Positions 59,681-64,000 of a stretch of 64,000 bases of DNA are shown one piece after another. A program made the position numbers and the translations under genes. The DNA is from Novakomyces olei (Eukaryota), in the NCBI GenBank assembly GCA_016906335.1, contig JADEYG010000001.1, forward strand, positions 1,054,001 through 1,118,000, read 5' to 3'. The notes under the pieces are model-generated. The model saw nothing but the letters and a program-made list of their open reading frames with translations, did not search any database and had not been told where the DNA came from. Every line of letters starts with the position of its first letter. Position 1 is the stretch's first letter.

Positions 59681-61535
59681 ATGTCAATCACTGACGCAGG
59701 GCCCGACGAAGTCGCGCGTGCCGCGCGCCGGGCTGCGGATCAGCTACAGCTGTTAACAGTGGAGCAGCGCAATTCTGCATTAGAGGCAATAATTGCGGAA
59801 TTAAAGGCTCAAAAATCCATAATATTAGAGGCCAATACAAAAGATATGCAGGCGGCTTCGACTCAGGGCTTGAATTCAGCTTTGGTTAAACGCCTCGATT
59901 TGCGGACCCCCCAAAAGTTTGATAGTATGGTGGACGGAGTTGACGATGTTCGATCATTGCCCGATCCCTTGGGACATGTCTCTCTACACACATTACTCGA
60001 TGAGGGCCTCGATCTGAAGCGAATTTCGTGTCCGATTGGCGTGCTGCTCGTTATTTTCGAAGCACGACCAGAAGTGCTTGTTAATATTGCTGCTCTAGCT
60101 ATTAAATCAGGTTAGATTTGTCCGTGATTTATCCATGATTTAGACGCTCTTGGGCTATATTCACTTGCCTGTCGGGCGCCCTTTGATAAATTATTTCTGT
60201 CTTTTATTTGTATTAGACAATATTCGATTGTACTTTGAATGGAAATTCTAATTTCAGGAAATGCGGCTATTTTGAAAGGAGGCAAAGAATCCGCACACAG
60301 TCTTGTTGCTCTCAGTAATGCTATTGTTCAGGCATTAAGAAATACGGCTGTTCCTGCAGGCTCGATTCAACTGGTTTCCACTCGCGAGGAAATTGGCTCA
60401 CTTTTAAAGCAGGATACAAATATTGATTTGGTTATTCCTCGGGGCGGCAATGAGCTCGTGCGGTCTATAAAAGCACAGACAAGGTATAATCTTGACTACT
60501 CCATTTTATTTTATTTTGTTTCTATTTTCTCTTATTTTATTTTGCTATTCTATACATCAGTCAAACCTATCATGAATGAATTCTTACAACAGGATCCCAG
60601 TTTTGGGTCACGCTGATGGACTTTGCTCGATCTATATACATGAAGACGCTGACACTGACATTGCGAAAAACGTCTGCGTGGAATCAAAGGTAGGTTACAG
60701 TAAGGGAATTTTTTAAAAAAAGAAACATAAAAGAATAATGAGAAACACGTATATTTATATACATGTATTTAATAATAATAATGCTTAAAGCGATTGAATC
60801 TATGCTTACGCTAGACACAATACTGTGCTGCATGTAATGCAGTAGAGACGATTCTCGTGAACAAAAGTGTCCTTTTAACTGTGTTTGTATCGGTAGCAAA
60901 AGGATTACTCGATGCTGGAGTCGAGCTACGGTGTGATCCCGAGACTCTCTCTGCCTTGAAATCAGGCTTAGGGTCACATGAAAAACTGGTTTCGGCGTCC
61001 GCCAGTGATTTCGATAGAGAGTTTCTGGATTTGGTTGTTGCAGTAAAAGCCGTGGACAGCCTTCAAGAAGCAGTAGATCACATAAATAAGCACGGGTCAC
61101 GGCATACAGACTGTATCATTACACGGTCTGATCAAGTAGCAACAGCGTTCATGCGTGGAGTGGACTCTGCGGGAGTATACCATAATTGCAGTACACGTTT
61201 TGCCGATGGATTCCGTTATGGGTTCGGTACGGAAGTCGGAATCAGTACAAACAAGATACACTCTCGAGGTCCTGTTGGATTAGAGGGTTTAACTGTATGA
61301 ATTTGCTAGTATTTATTTACTTATTTACTTATGTATTCTTTAAATTTAGCTTATTAGTTTGTGTGATTAATTGGTCTTGATATGAGATTGATGCAATCAC
61401 AAGCATCGATTTATTTTTTTTGTTTCAAAATACTAATGAAAACAGATTTACAAGTATATGCTTAATGGCAAGGGTCATCTAGCCGGCGACTATTCATCTG
61501 GAAAAAAGTCTTATTTGCATCGTAAACTGCTATAA
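59681..61535 (+). CDS. PRO2: Gamma-glutamyl phosphate reductase, multi-exon
   Basis: CPIGVLLVIFEARP, GNAAILKGGKES, DLVIPRG, STRFADGFRYGFGTEVGIST. Confidence 0.95.
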
Positions 61536-61871
61536 GCCTTTTAGCAAAATCATCTTCCTCCTTGTGCAAAAAATTTCAGCTTTTTGAATCGCGGAGCGTA
61601 CTCAGTTTACCCTTGCATAAATACAGAAATGGACCATTGAAGCTCATTGTAAAACGAGGTAATTAGTTCCTAAATTAATAAATTGCCTGAATTGTTTTAT
61701 TTGATGTGTCGGGAATCGCTTAGTCATGAAATATGGTCGTTGTAGAGCTCAGCAAATGATGTCGACTATTGCCATCTCAATAATCAAGTGCAAAATACCA
61801 ACCAAATAAGCTTTTAAATAAAACAAAAAATAAGGGCGCTTCCGGAAGCTTTTAAAAAAAACAAAAAATAA

Positions 61872-61971
61872 GGGCGCTTCCGGGAATCGAACCCGGGTTA
61901 CATCGATAATCGCATACATACAGCGAGAGGTATAACCCGAACGATGTATAATGCCACTATATCAAAGCGCC
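61872..61971 (-). tRNA. tRNA-Pro(CGG) with ~28-nt intron
   Basis: Acceptor stem GGCGCTT/AAGCGCC, anticodon stem CATCG/CGATG with loop TTCGGG, T-loop GGTTCGATTCC, downstream T-run. Confidence 0.88.
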
Positions 61972-62257
61972 ATTTCAATGGACCATTTAAGGATATTAAT
62001 AACAGGCGGTAAAACTTTTATTAATATATACCTAAGTAGAATTTAAACCCATTTGAAGTAATTTTCCGTTATTATCTTATAGTATATAGAAATAAATTTA
62101 TATTATAATGATAGACCCAGAACAAATTATAATAAAGAATAAATTAATTATAAAGAATACACAATCTACTAAAGCCCAAACCATGTCTATAAAACCTTTT
62201 CACCCTTTGAACAACGAAAGATCTAGCTGTTTTCGTGTTTTGAAAGTTCCCAATAAT

Positions 62258-64000
62258 CTAGTCAAACACAATTTTTTGTGCCTTTGGCATAGACGCTGGG
62301 TCATAACCCTTTGCCTCTCCGTAAGCATTTTTCTTTGGCTTCACAGTAGTACCAAATTTCAATAGTTCTTCGGGTACGGGCTGATTTGCATCACGTAAAA
62401 TATTGATTAATTCACCAGAATGAGCCTTGTCAGCGGGTGAAAAAAGCGTGATAGCCAATCCCTCTCGGCCAGCACGCCCGGTACGTCCAATACGGTGCAC
62501 ATAATCCTCAATAGTCAGAGGAAATGTTACATTAATCACGAGTTTAACATCAGGAATATCAAGGCCTCTAGCAGCAACGTCTGTAGCCAAAAGAATCTGC
62601 TTCTCACCGGATTTAAACTCGTCCAGAGCGGCAATACGAGCGTGTTGAGACATATCGCCATGAATCGCGGTTATAGGGAACCTGCGACTGGACAAGAACG
62701 CAAGCAATCTTGTGGCCTCCTTTTTGTACAGAGCAAATACTAAAATCCGATCTCGGCCATTAGAATATTGCTTTAGCAGTTCAAACAGCCTTTTCTCTTT
62801 AAGCGCGGGATTTGACACAACTTCCACTACTTGTTTAATCCGCTTATTAGCCGCCAATGTATCGCTGCCAATAGTGAGTCGGACAGAATTTTCGGTTTTC
62901 ATATAAGTAGAGGCCAGTCGTCGAACGCTTTCCGGCCAAGTTGCCGAAAAAAACACGGTTTGTCTTTCTGCAGTTGCAGGGCATTTATCTATAATAGCAC
63001 GAATATCTTCCTCAAAGCCCTTGTCCAGCATTCTGTCTGCCTCATCCAGGACCAAGACTCGAACTGCTGACAGATCCAGATCCCCATCCCGGGCGAGATC
63101 AAGGCACCGACCCGGAGTGGCAACAACAATTGAAGCCTTTCGCAAAGCTTGCACCTGGTCTTGTTTGCTCATGCCGCCATAAACACAGGCACATTTAAGG
63201 TTATTAAAAGCACCGAGCAACATCTCCAAATTTCCATGTGTTTGAAGAGCAAGCTCACGAGTGGGACACATAACCAGGACGGCAATTGTAGACTTTGGAC
63301 TGCCTTTAGAATTAAAAAGTTCCAAAATTTTAGCAATTGCTGGAACACCAAAGGCAACCGTTTTTCCGGACCCTGTCTCGGCTATACCAACAACGTCTTT
63401 TCCACTTAATAAATATGGCCAGGAGGTCGCTTGAATAACAGTGGGGTCCTTGTAATGAGACATTGCTCCGACAAGTCGCTCATCAACAGGGATCCAAGAA
63501 AACTTAAGTATTGGACGAAGAGCAGGTGAGGACCCAGTGTCAACAGAGACGCTGTTTTCCTGTAGATACTCGGTAATCTCCGACTCGGGTAGTGCTTTTA
63601 GTTCAGAGTTTTCCATGTAACCTTCTGCGCATTGTTAGCTTAATAGGAGAAAAGGAAATTGAAAAAGGATGAACTAAAAGAAAACAAGAAGAAGAGATCA
63701 AAATGCAATTAAAAGCAAAACAATTCTTTGGTACACATTTTCAAACGAGAAAACACATATACTTTGACTGAAACTTGGATTCGTAAAGATAGATAAAGAC
63801 CGAAACGTCTAACAGGGACGTCTAACAGAGAAATAAAAATAAAAAGACAACAAAGCTAACCAAACCAAACTGACAAAGCAAATTAAAAAGAAGAACGCTT
63901 TTTAGGCGCGCACATGCCTACTTACCCGCTAGAGATTTTGTTTGCTTTTTTGATATCGACGGCTCACTTTTCAAAGGCACTAAATTCATTGTAGATTCTT
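62258..64000 (-). CDS. DBP3: DEAD-box RNA helicase Dbp3 (5' exon runs off the window)
   Basis: AETGSGKT, DEAD, RILVFALYKKEA, VINVTFPLTIEDYVHRIGRTGRAG; GTAAGT donor near 63925. Confidence 0.92.

Overview
Fungal (ascomycete-like) genomic window with short spliceosomal introns, in two halves. Bases 1-25974 are a nested pile of LTR retrotransposons: Ty3/Gypsy chromoviruses, a decayed Ty1/Copia, and many solo LTRs with 5-bp target-site duplications (TSDs). Bases ~26500-64000 are ordinary housekeeping genes: SIKE/Far3-like, SET methyltransferase, SGF29, ARP2, HAM1, FAP7, CaMKK, muskelin, DHX16/Prp2, ureohydrolase, GH71 glucanase, SR protein, CSN3, PRO2, tRNA-Pro and DBP3. Main observation: an intact, apparently young 6.5-kb chromovirus (3244-9770; LTRs identical by eye, TSD GGCAC, Tf1-type self-priming PBS) carries a third ORF between pol and the 3' LTR. 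That ORF encodes NLS + C2H2 zinc finger + JmjC domain (HxD...K...H intact, KDM2/KDM7/Epe1-like), and its stop codon abuts the LTR. Three further homologous remnants occur in the cluster, giving at least three sequence-distinct versions attached to at least two LTR families. This suggests a retrotransposon lineage combining a chromodomain reader with a putative chromatin eraser (anti-silencing cargo). The enzymatic function is inference. All calls were made by eye, without database searches; family letters A-K are my own labels.
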